The position numbers were made by a program, and so were the translations under genes. A model generated the notes under the pieces. That model was not told the DNA's origin, searched no databases, and saw only the letters and a list, made by a program, of their open reading frames with translations. Below, piece after piece: positions 39,036 to 49,964 of a DNA stretch of 64,000 nucleotides (the first letter of the stretch is position 1; the number at the start of each line of letters is the position of its first letter). Where the stretch lies: assembly GCA_028534125.1 (NCBI GenBank), contig CM052825.1, positions 1,302,001 to 1,366,000 of the forward strand, read 5' to 3'. This stretch comes from Lama glama. Taxonomy: Eukaryota.

Positions 39036-41659
39036 GAATATTTCCAGCTATTTGAAAACTGCCACTTACAGTCTAAGCACAGTGTCCGACTCACGCCACT
39101 CCCATGAGCTGAGAGCTAACAGGTGGCTGTGGCTGGCCACCGACCCGTGATGGCGAGGCTGGAGGCTGACCCTCAGCCCTCTCTCGGATGGCGGCTAACC
39201 GTGCTGTCGTCTCCAGCAAGGCTGCCAGACACGACTCGAGGCCTCACGTGTGCTCTGTGGGGGACTCCTGATGGAACAGTTCCCCTCGCAGAGGCCATCT
39301 GAGCTGTGCCCGACTGTTGTTTTCTCGAAGAGTCTTAATGGGTTTTGGTTTCTGAGAGCCCCTTCCTGGTGAGCAGACTGCTCTGTGAGAGCTGACCTGG
39401 CAAGGTCCCGGGGAGCGCACGGCCCCTAACCTCCCACCACCGACACCCCCGGCCCTGGGAGGGTCCAGGGTCGCGCCCCACACAGTAGCTGGCACCTGGG
39501 ACAGCTGAGTTTTTTGGCAGAGCCGTCTGGTGAGATGAGCAGCGCTCCTGGCACCAGGAGGTGGTGGAGCCAGCTGGTGACAAAGGCCGCTCAGTTACAG
39601 AAGTGTGAGATAGTCTGGGAGCAGAGGACTGGAAAGAAGATATGCAGAGTGGAATAATCACTTGGCTTCACAAAAACCAAATTGATTTGGAAACAATTTG
39701 GGAAATGCTTCAGCCGCCACTGAAGCGCCCGGCAGGAGAGGAGCCAGGCCAGTTCTTTGGCCCAAACCAGAGAATTTACTGAGAATTGAAGTCACCCCAG
39801 TACCTTCTCCTATCTGATGAATATGATTAAAAATGCATTTCATCTGGCAAGTGTGTGTCAGGAGCTTGACAGGCCTTGGTTATAATTACCCAGCAGGGCT
39901 GGGAAGCATCCTGGTCCCCAGGTGCCAGTCAGAGAGTTGAAGGCTGCTGGCCACCGCTCAGACGGTTCAGGGCAGCCCCCAGCGCTCTCACTCTGCCCTG
40001 CTGTCTTGATCGACGCTCCTGGGCCAGCCGTGTCCTCCAGGGCAGCGGGGCGTGTGGGGACCCTGTCCCCTCCAGACTTTGCTGTCCCCACGGGGCCTTT
40101 TCCTCGCCAGCGCCACGGGCCTCCATCACCGAGAGCCACGGTGACTGGCCTGTTGTCCAGGCAGCTGCCCGGAGGGGGTGGGCCTGTCGGGGTGCCGTGG
40201 TGGGCACAAGTGTTTTCTCTCGTGGGCTGCGGACCCTTGTGGGTGAGGTCGCAGGGCTCCTCTCCCCAGCTGCACCCCGTCCTCCCACGGTCTGGCCCCC
40301 TCAGCTGCCCCCCCTCCCCCATCGCGGTGGTGCTGGTCCTGAACACCTCTGTCCACAGCCCGCTGCCCCCGCTCTGTGCTCCCACCCCAGCCCCACCGCC
40401 CTTCTCTCTCCTCCTGGAGCTGCCTGTGCCCATGTCCACTGCAGCGGTAAGAGTCTGTCACAGGCAGCTGGTGCCACCCCGTCTTCTGGGCTTGCTCGCA
40501 GGATGAAGCCCACAGGACTCCAGGCCTCCAGGCCAGCTCCCTGTCGGTCCTGCCAGCTGTCCTTTCCTAGCCCCCAGCCTCTCTGTGTGAATTTCTGTGT
40601 CCCCGGTAACTGAACGAGGCGCCCCCGGCCATGCTCCCAGAGCCCCTTCTGTGTGTTCTGCAGCCCCTTCCAAAACCCCCCATCGCCCGTGTCAGTCTCC
40701 CACCACGTCGTACACACGGACAGGGCAGGGGTGCGTTCTCCTCGGGGTTCCGACCGGGGACCTGGGCCCCACTCGCAGCAGCACAGGGCGAGCTCCTGCC
40801 ACAGCGGCTGTCAGCCCGTGTCCTGCCCGAATGGACGGCTCCTGGTGGCACGAGCTATGGCCGCCCCAAGGGAGGGAGCGTCAGTGGGTGGGGTGGGGCC
40901 CCGAAGCAGGGGTCTGGACTTCCTGATCCTGGCCCCGTGCCCTTTCCTGAAACGCGGTCCCGGGCCTGCCTTTGTGGAGCCTGCGTCGTTACTCAAGTGA
41001 ACCGCTTTCTTACAGAGCCTCCTTCTTCGTTCAGCGTTCGTTTGACACACGGCAATAGCTCATCAGCTGATCTGCCCGGTGGTGTGAGGTTGGGGTGATT
41101 TATTTCGAGGTCCGTGGTTTCTAATGAAGCCCCAGCCGGAGGGGGCCCGCATAGCTGCTGCCCCGCCCGGCCCCACACACCACCCGCACGGGGCGGTGAT
41201 GCAGCCAGTGCTGCCACGAGACGGCGTCACCACCTCTGTGCAGCAGTGAGTGACTTGCTAAACCTGTGTGTTTGAAACCGTGAGTGGCAGTAGCAGGCGG
41301 TCCTTGGGCGCCGTCCCGGGCCTCCTCACACCTGGGTGCTCAGAGCAGAGCTGTGCCTGGCATCCGTTCACTGCCACCCCTCGTCCCGCCCCTCACCCCT
41401 CCTGACAGCCCTGTGTGGGACCGGGCGCGCCTGCGTGAGCGCTCAGCGGGGTGAGGGTCCACCCTGCCCTGTGTCTCTGCTGCTTCTCCCATGTGCCCGT
41501 GTCTGACTGCCTGGGCCTTCATTTATTTCAAATTCAAAAAATTTGAAGCTGCTCGCTTCATAGTCCTCATTTTAATTTGCATCTGGGCTCAGTGAACTGG
41601 GAGCCTGTGTGAGTTGCTTTTTTGTAGGAGTTCTGGGTCAATGGATCACCCTTCAAGTC

Positions 41660-41800
41660 CTTTCTTACGTGTGCCTTACTCTCATTAATGCACTCCATCT
41701 TCGCAGCTCCAGGAGTCCATCAGAGGGCGCGTCCCCCACTTCCCAGATGAGGAGCCCGAGGGGGTGACTTCGCGACCGTCCAGCTGGAAGGCAGGGCTCC
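41660..41800. mobile_element. MIR SINE remnant
   Basis: Core-like cccccacttcccagatgaggagcccgagg...gtgacttcgcgaccgtccagctggaaggcaggg. Confidence 0.55.
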
Positions 41801-44006
41801 CCCTGCCTGGCCGGGCCGCGCTGTGCGGAAGGGAACACAGCAGCTCCGTTCTTTCTTCCAGGGACTGGCTGACGGCTGCTGGCTTTCCTCGTCTGCAGAA
41901 CCACGACTGTCAGCGGGCAGAGGGACAGTAGGCTGGGTGCTAATTGGCCACTTCCAAGAAGCTGAGTGCTGGCTTGCTTTTATATAGACGCTTTCAGCTG
42001 ACTTCTCAGGTAATCTGTTTTACTGAGATTTTAAGTTTGGACAAGTGTCAAGACTCTCTCGATATTATCTCCTTAGTGTATTTTAAGAGCTGCCAGTAAG
42101 AGGCCCCGGGAAACCACTGGATAGGAACCAAGGCAGGCACTCAACCCGGTGTTAGGACAGTGTCTGGAGGACTCGCGTGGCCCAGCGTCGGGGCTTCTGA
42201 GGAAGCCTCTCGTCTGAGCAAGAGGGCCAGCAGTTAATCAGCTACACACTCAGAAACCTCAAGCTGTTTCTTCGCCAATTAGGAACCGCTTACCTTGGAG
42301 GGGATTTGTCACCAGGCTGAGTTAGCCAGGCCTGTCCCTCAGTGCACTTGGACAGGCGAGAACTCATAAATATGCAGAAGTTACTTTAAACTTTGTGTCA
42401 GAACTTTGCCCTGAGAACACAGGGCATTCAGTGAACTGACTTGGGGAGGGCGCCATCACCCGCTGGCTCCGCGCACGGCCCAGCCAGGAGGTGGTCGGCT
42501 GTCATCCCCTCCCCTGCCTGTCCCGCCTCTGTAGTTGTGAGGAGTGCCGAGCCCACGTCTGCCTGTCTGTGTGCCTCCTGGTGGCTCACAGCTCTGCACA
42601 CCTGGGCACTGAGTCAGCTGTGGGCGGTCACCTGGGTCATGGCCCCGGTCTCTTTCCGAGGTTGACTGGTGCCCGCTCCTCTCACCTGCCATCCTTCCCC
42701 CGTCTCCTCGCTGGGCCCCACCTGGGTTCAGGCCTCTTGCGGCACCTGTAGCTGGGGCAGTGGGCACCTTCATTTTGGCTCCCGGTGGTGAGAGCCTCTG
42801 CTTCCAGGCCAGAGGTGGCGGCCAGGCCCGGCTGCCGGCTGCATCCCCAGGTCTCCCGGCTCTCAGAGCCAGGGTCGGGCTGCTTCTCCCCCCCAAGCCA
42901 CGAGCGCAGCCAGGGGCTCTCCGCGTCCATCTGTGCCTTAATGGAGGGCCGTGCAGGGGCACTGGCTTTCTTGAAGTCACTTAAAAGCTTTTGCCAGAGA
43001 ATCAGAGGGTGCTGACTACTGGAGGCTTATTTATTCATTTCTGGGCGTGGATGGTAAACAGCCTGCTCCTTGGCTCAGCAGGAGCAGATGGGGAGCGTTC
43101 GCCTGATTGATTCCTTACCTGCAGGGACACACGCCTGGAGGGAACCTATCGATTTGGCACGTCCTGCCAAAACCACTCTGAAATAAGCTTAATTGCCTCC
43201 AGACCAGCTTTCCAGCACCAAGTGTTCCTGTAAATCTCCTCCTGGACTTGTCGCTCAGCTCAGCCCTCCTCCCCGAGGGCTGGAGTCTCTCTCCAGGGTG
43301 TGTCCTCGGAGGAGCTGGGCTTTGCCTCTGGCCCAGCTCACTCCCAGGACACCAGGTGGGCAAGGTAGCCGCCCTGCTCGCAGAGAGGAAGCCCAGGTGA
43401 GCAGAGGGTGTGGCGCCTCTTCCAGCGGCTGGAAATTGGTGTCAGCCCCGGTCACAGACAGACCAGGGGCCAAACCAGCCGGTCCCCAACTCTCCGCTCT
43501 GCTCTGCCGCCTGACTGCAAGTGCAGTCTGGTCGGTTGGCTGCTGGTGTCCCGGAGCCTCTGTGCTGGATTTGTTGCTGAATTTTTCACCCCCAAGCTGG
43601 CACAGCCTCACACTTCCCTGGGGTGGTGCTGGCAGACGGGGCTGGGGTGGCAGGGCCGCCTGCCTCGTGTTACATGCTGGTGGCAGACATTCCAGGAGTG
43701 CTCATCCACAGGAGTCTTCCTGGAGGCTGACTTCTTGATCGGATCATCAGCACCAAGACCCAGCCCCAGCCACCAGCCTGTGGGGAAGCTGCAGGCCAAA
43801 CAGCACACGGTGGAGCACAGCCCCGCCCACCAGCAGGCCTCCGAGCCACAGAGGCCTCTCGGTACGGTGGGCTCTGCCAGCCAGCGGTCCAGGACCAAGC
43901 TCCTCCTGGCAGTGGGCAGGCTCCGGCTCCTCCCGCCAGGAAGCCTGCATGAGCCTCTAGCCCAGCCTCACCCACCAGGGGCAGATGCCAGAAATAAGAA
44001 AACAAT

Positions 44007-44173
44007 GGGGGGGTGGGGGCAGGTAGAGCTCAGTGGCAGAGCCCACGCCTGGTAGGCGTGACATTCCGGGTTCAGTCCCCAGTGCCTCCATTTAAAAAAA
44101 GGAAATACATTTTAAAAACCTAATTACCTCCCCACCCAAAATAAAACGAACAAGTGAAAAATCATTTAAAAAA
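44007..44173 (+). mobile_element. Camelid tRNA-derived SINE (Vic-1-like) inserted into an L1
   Basis: G-rich head, A-box-like gagctcagtgg, 7-bp stem cacgcct-ggt-aggcgtg (44044-44060), B-box-like ggttcagtccc (44069-44079), A-rich linker, aaacctaattacctcccc tail, then A-rich end. Flanked by a 10-bp TSD aagaaaacaa at 43996-44005 and 44174-44183. Confidence 0.88.
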
Positions 44174-44576
44174 AAGAAAACAACAATCCCAAAGCCCGTG
44201 AAAGGAGCCCACAAGCACGCAGAAGGACGGAGACGCGAGGCGGCCGAGGACTATCGCCAGGGCAAGGCGCAAGAGAACACCCCAGAAGAAGAGACAGGTG
44301 ACGAGAGGACAGGCAGCTTCTGAGCAAGAGTTTCCAGTAACGACGGCGAAGACTCAGGACGTCCGGAGAACTCAGGACGAGCACAGGCGCCGGAGCGAAG
44401 ATTTTAGCAACAGCTGGCAAACATAAAGAACACCCAGAGCGGAAGGACACGATCACTGGAGTGAACGACACACCAGAAGGAACCGAGAATGGGCCAAACG
44501 AGGCGGAAGAACGGATCAGTGAGCTAGAAGACAGATCAGCGGAAATCACTGCTGCAGAAAGAAAAAAGAAGAGAGA

Positions 44577-45124
44577 ATGAAAAGAGATGAGCATAGCTCT
44601 AGACGACTCTGGGACAACACGAAGCGCACTAAGATTCGCATTACAGGGTCCCAGGAAGAGGAGAGAGAGGGAGGACCTGAGAAAACTTTTGGAGAGATGA
44701 TCACTGAGAAATTCCCCAACCTGGGAAAGGGAACAGTCACCCAAGTCCTGGAAGCGCAGAGAGGACCACACAGGATCAGCCCACAGGGGGACACGCTGAG
44801 GCACACAGTCGTCAAATTGACAACAATTAAGGACAAGGGGAAAATATTAAAATTAGCAAGACAAAAGCAACACATAACATACAAAGGAGCTCCCATAAGG
44901 TCATCAGCTGATTTTTCAGCAGAAACTCTGCAGGCCAGAAGGGAGCGGCAGGACATATTTAAAGTGATGACAGGGGGAAACTTACAACCAAGAACGCTGT
45001 CCAGCAAGGCTCTCTCTTGTTCAGAGCTGATGGAGAAATCAAAAGCTTCGCAGACAAGCAAAAGCTAAAAGAATTCAGCACCACCAAACCAGCCTTACAA
45101 CAAATGTTAAAGGGCCTTCTCTAG
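44577..45124 (+). pseudogene. L1 ORF1p C-terminal half (frameshifted remnant)
   Basis: Canonical ORF1p motifs in the ORF track. There is a frameshift near 45000-45030 and the N-terminal coiled-coil region is disrupted. Confidence 0.9.
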
Positions 45125-45180
45125 TCAAAAACCGCAAGAAAAGAGAACAAAAAGAAGAAAGGAAAAAAAAAACAAAAGAC

Positions 45181-45475
45181 TGCTTTGGCTGTTCAGGGTC
45201 TTCTGTGGCTCCTTATAAATTTCGGGTTGTTTGTTCTAGTTCTGTGAGGAATGTCGCGAGTACTTTGACGGGGGTTGCGTTGCATCTGTGGGTTGCTTTG
45301 GGCAGCGTGGCCATTGTGATAGTGCTGATTCTTTCAATCCAAGAGCACAAGAAATCTTTCCATTTCTTTGTGTCATTTTGGTTTTTGGAGTATAGGTAAC
45401 CTCCTTGGTTAAGTTTATTGGTAGGTATTTTGATGTTCTGATGTAATGGAAATGTTTATGCTGGTTATAAAATTC
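45181..45475 (-). mobile_element. L1 ORF2 fragment (post-RT region), antisense
   Basis: tgctttggctgttcagggtcttctgtgg...ggttgctttgggcagcgtggccatt...ctttcaatccaagagcac matches the reverse complement of the L1 ORF2 LPKAIYRFNAIPIK region. Confidence 0.88.
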
Positions 45476-45509
45476 TGGTTTTTGAAGTGAAAAAAAAGTG
45501 AAAGTAGGG

Positions 45510-45725
45510 CCACAAATGGCAAAATATCCTCCTTTCTTATGGGTGAGTTGTATTCCATTGTGCACGCGCGTGCGCGCGTGTGTATACACATATACACATA
45601 TACGCTGCATCTTCATTATCTATTCCACAATTAATGTGCACTCAGGACGCTTCCATATCTTAGCAGTTACAAACAATGTTGCCATTAATAGCAGGGTGTA
45701 TGCATCTTTTTGAATTATTTCTTAT
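45510..45725 (-). mobile_element. L1 ORF2 3' end fragment, antisense
   Basis: cacaaatggcaaaatatcctcctttcttatgggtgagttgtattccattgtg...cttccatatcttagcagttacaaacaatgttgcc is typical L1 3' antisense sequence. The minus-strand ORF gives MEYNSPIRKEDILPFVA, similar to the L1 ORF2 C-terminal MEYYSAIKKNEILPFA. Confidence 0.88.
45559..45605. repeat. 47-bp alternating purine-pyrimidine tract
   Basis: tgtgcacgcgcgtgcgcgcgtgtgtatacacatatacacatatacgc. Confidence 0.9.
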
Positions 45726-45859
45726 TTTGTGGCTGGCTTTATTCCTTTGATAACTATGTAATTTTAAAAAGCTAAAGCCCTAAACGCTCTTAGAAACAAT
45801 GAATAGTATGTACATGTAAATTTAAATATATACGTGCAGTAAAAAAAAAAAGAAAGAAA

Positions 45860-46360
45860 TCAGCTATCAAGCCATGAGAGACAAGGAAGAAACTTAAAAG
45901 ACATATTACTAAGTGAAAGAAGCCCGTCTGAAAAGGCTACAAGCTGCATGATTCCAACCAAGCGACATTCTGGGAAAGGCACAGCTACAGAGACAGCAAA
46001 AAGATCGTGGTTCCCAGGGGCTTGGGGAGCGGGAGGGATGAGCAGATGGGGCACAGGGGAGTTTCGGGGCAGTGGAACTACTCTGTATGACACTACAGCG
46101 GTGGCCACACGTCATTATGCACTTGTCAAAGCCTGCACAATGCACAAGATCAGGAGCGAGCCCTCGTGTGAACTGTGGACTCTGGTCGATGATAACGTGC
46201 CCATGTGGGCTCATCGACTGTACCAGACAGGCCACACTGACGAGGGAGGCTGAGGGGAGGGGAGTGTGCATGTGTGGGTGGGGAGGGCTCTGTGCGAACT
46301 CTGTATTTCCTTCTCAATTCTGCTGTGAATCTGAAACTGCTCTAAAAAAATTAAGCCAAT
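45860..46360 (+). mobile_element. L1MC-type 3' end
   Basis: ctatcaagccatga...catattactaagtgaaagaagcc...tctcaattctgctgtgaatctgaaactgctctaaaaaa is a characteristic L1MC 3'UTR. Confidence 0.85.
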
Positions 46361-49094
46361 TAATAAAAGAAATCTCCAAAATCTGTCTGATTAACCAGAA
46401 TCAAACAGACCACATTCTGTGACCACAGTAATTAAAACTGAAATCAACAATACAAAGAAATTTTTTTAAAACTCAGGAAAAAAAGGGAGTCCTCCACAAA
46501 GCACACGTGAGGCCTCTCAGGTCATGTCTGACGGCCTCACTGGAGACCACAGAACAGTCAACCTCCATCCGAGAGAGGGCTGAGGGTCAGCCTCCAGCTT
46601 TGGCCACCACGGGTCGCTGGCCAGCAGGAGCCCCAGTGCAGTCACTCTAGTCCACACTCTGGGCCACCAGCCGGGCTGCCTGCAGGCGCCAAAGCCCCTG
46701 TGTCCCCTGAACTCCAGAAGCAGCAAGGCGGCTGCTGGGATCAGTCCCCAGCCAGCTCCTCCTGGGCCCCGGGAGCAGGAGGACTGCCCAGAACCGCCCA
46801 GAAGGAGGTGACTGCTTCGCCCTTGCTCTGTTGAAACCCTCTCCCTCCCAACCTGATCTCCATCAGACCTCCGTCCACGGCCGGTGGGGTACGTTTTCTG
46901 AGGGTAGCAAGGAGGGGAACCAGAAAATGCCAGCGGGCAGGGTGGCACAGGCACCCTCTCATGGCCTCACCTCTGAAAAGGGTGATGTTCAGAGGGCCCA
47001 GGATCACGGGGGAGGGACCAGCCGGCCGGCACAGAGGCGACACGGCCACCCCACCCTCCAGCGTCGGGGAGGCAGAGAGGCGGCCCTGCAGGGGTGGAGT
47101 TGGTGTGTGGCGAGCAGCACTTTGATGGTCTTCCTAGGCCTCGAGCTGGGGGACTCAGCCCGACAGCTGGAAAGAGTAGGGGCAGAGAAGGGCGGGACAC
47201 GCACGGCCTGAGAGGAGCAGTGGGCCTGCCACAGAGCAGGGCCGTCTGACCGTGGGATCCCGGAACGTGCTTCCACAGGTGTGCAAAGGTCGGGCTTGTG
47301 CCTGCAGGACGCATATGCCCTGCTTCCAAAGGGCTCCGTGAGGCGCCCCTGGACGCCCACTCCTGTCTGGCAACACCCTTCCCCAGCCACCAGCCTCCGC
47401 TGCCCGCCGATGACAAGGCTGCTGAGGAGAACCTGTTTCTCAAGGACAGGTTAACAAAACCCCAGGACATGAAACCCGAGGTGCCTCCTCTCTCTCACCC
47501 AAGGAACCCTGAGGGGCTTCCTCAACCCGACACCCCCGGAGCCCCCCGGTCTGTGCGTGGACGGCCAGGCAGACACACTCAGCCCCGGTAAGAGGAAGCA
47601 GACAGCAGACACGCACTGGGGCCAGTGGCCACGGTCGGAAAAGCAAACAGTTTTGCACACATAGACCCAGCAGCCCCCAGAGAGCCTGCAGGGGCGGCAG
47701 GCGCTCACACTGGAGCCCCAGCCCAGCGACAGCCCCCACCGGGGTCCTGTCCACAGCCACCACTGTCGGAGGGACAGAGAGGCTGGCCGCGGGGCCAGCA
47801 GGGGCTCACAGTGTATCTGCATCTCCAGCCCAACCTCCCAGAGATGAGTGAAGAGAACCTGTCACAGGGAACCCTGAGCCCGGGCTGTCTGGCAGTGGCC
47901 CCTCCGTCCCAGAGCAGCTTCCCCTGTCAGCACACGAGCCTCCTGGGGGCACGCCAGGCTCGCTGCCAGGGCCGGGCTTGGCCAGTCCTGGCCAGGCTCA
48001 CCTCCCATGCAGCTCAGCCCCACTGGGCACGCCCCGATAGCATGCCCCCGGCCAGCGATCGGACACACCTGCCCTCTCCCGACCCCCACTCCTGCGGGGG
48101 CTCTGAGCCTCCTCTGGGAGCAGGGGTCTGAGTACTGGACTAGAGCACAGCAACATGGGGCAGATGGGGCCGGCCCAGCTCTGCGTGCGTCGGGACCCCA
48201 GTCCCAGCTGGGACCCCAAGATGCAGCCTCCAACTCTGCCTGCAAAGCCTAGGTCTTCCCAGACAGGGCGTGGACACGGCGAGGTGCGAGAGCAGCCAGG
48301 ACGGGGAAAACCAAACACCTGCGACAGCGACAGGCTGGGGCAAGCCTGCCGCGGCCTCCGGCCGCTGCGAGGGGCGCACGCGCAGTAAGTGCAGCGCAGC
48401 ACCGTGGGGCCGCGCCCACCTGAAAACTCGTTTCTGACGGTATTTCATACTCGATGATAAATCGCACGGAGTCAATGACTAAAACAGCCACGGGCACTTA
48501 CCCAGGCCAGGAGACCGCTCCAGCGCCTATCTGGGGCAGCTCTCCCAGATGCTACCCCAGGCCCCGGGCCGGCCACTGCGTGCTGCCCTCGCAGCCCACC
48601 GAGAAGCGGGCCCAGGACCTGCCGCTGCGCCGTGCAGACCACACCCAGGGGCTTCCCTCCCGGGCGCCACCGTGTCCTGGGCTGGGGGCGTGCGCCTTGC
48701 CAAGATACATCAAGAAGCGGGCATCTCCCAGCCGCAGCTCCAGCCTCCCGTCCGGCCTCACACAGGAGTGGACCCCGCCAAGGCCGTCCACCGTCAGGCA
48801 GGCAACTGAGTGTGCAGAGCTGAGACACTGGAGCCCAAGCAAGGGGTCCGAGTCTCTGCACGTGAACGGAACGTGCCAGGGAGGAGCCTGGGAATCCCAT
48901 GGCCACGGTGCACAGGCAGGACCCGGAGTGGGCCGCGTCTCACCTCTCCGCTGTGGCCCCTGCAGCCAGCCAGCGCTCACGGCAACAGCTCCTCCGGGGC
49001 CTGCGAGCCCTGGTCGGGCATTTCAGGAAGGCACCGAGACAGCCTCGACTCAAACGCTTAAAAGCAGAAGGACAAGTGTTCTGCGGGCTGGCAA

Positions 49095-49330
49095 GGCATA
49101 ATCCCCGCATTTCTCTGGCTTTTATGAGAGGCTATGTTAAAAATGGTTTATACGTAATAAAATCTGTTACATTTATGGCAAGAAAATATGGAAAGACAAT
49201 AAAATTAGCAGAGCACAGAAATGAGAGAATACTAAACACCCTTGGCTCTCCGACAGGAGCAGAGAAGGAACAGTCAGGATTGTTAAATTGAAAGGAATTT
49301 AAAAGGATTTAAAATTCAAAGTTCCATTTC
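49095..49330. promoter_or_regulatory. Candidate enhancer with posterior HOX/CDX motif cluster
   Basis: TTTTATGA 49120-49127, GTAATAAAA 49154-49162, TTTATGG 49172-49178, CAATAAAA 49197-49204, TAATCC 49099-49104. Confidence 0.4.
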
Positions 49331-49964
49331 TCCTCCCCTGCCGAGTGCTGTCCCAGGGGACGCTACACAGCAGGAGGGCGGCTCCGCTGGTGTCTCTGGG
49401 CTCAGGCTCCCAGACAGCAGCCTGGAACACGCCCTCATGCACCGGCCAGACCCTGGGTGTGGTCACCGCCAGGGGGGCTCAGGTGTGCCCCTGCCCCACA
49501 CCGCACACCCTGGGGGCTTCCTCTAGTGCAGGACGCCAACTCCTCCCCTTCCCACCTCAGCACCCACCCCCTCCAACCCCGGACCCCAGCGCTGATGTCA
49601 CACGGGCCACGAGGTGCAAGAGAACTTGACAGCTGTCCTCACCTCGGGCCTCTCTGGTCAAGCGCATCCTCTTTGCTAAGACAGTAACACGACGCAGTCC
49701 CTGAAGTCTTACGACCCCCACCACACAGGCCCGAGGGGCCTGACCACGCACACCTGCAGCCTCAGCTGGAATGGGTGCCCAGCGTGAGCTGGGTGCTGGC
49801 AAGGGGGGCGCCCCCGAGAACACAGAGCCGGAACCCACACGCCCGACTCAGCGTGGCCCTCGAGCTCTGGCTCACCAGGAAAACCAGACAGGCTTGGGGC
49901 AAGGGACAAATCCACATGTGTTGTTCCAAGACCCTGACTGCTGGGAGGCCAGTCTCACTTGCTC

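Larger units (their letters stand above)
43675..45180 (+). mobile_element. L1 (cetartiodactyl type): partial 5'UTR plus degenerate ORF1, no ORF2 in this orientation
   Basis: 5'UTR motifs (cagcaccaagacccagcccc...caggaagcctgc...ccaccaggggcaga) resemble the bovine/porcine L1 5'UTR. ORF 44577-45068 translates to clear ORF1p RRM/CTD motifs (LWDNTKRTKIRITG, EKFPNL, RHTVVKL, KILKLARQK, ITYKGAPIRSSADFSAETLQARRE). The ORF1 stop is near 45124. Confidence 0.95.

Noticed and set aside
42294-42410. 117-nt minus-strand segment with good acceptor and AAG|GTAAGC donor
   Set aside because: Stops in all three frames, so it is not coding. It cannot be supported as a non-coding exon without RNA data.
44007-44095. 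tRNA gene
   Set aside because: The A/B boxes belong to a SINE head with tail and TSD. There is no complete cloverleaf.
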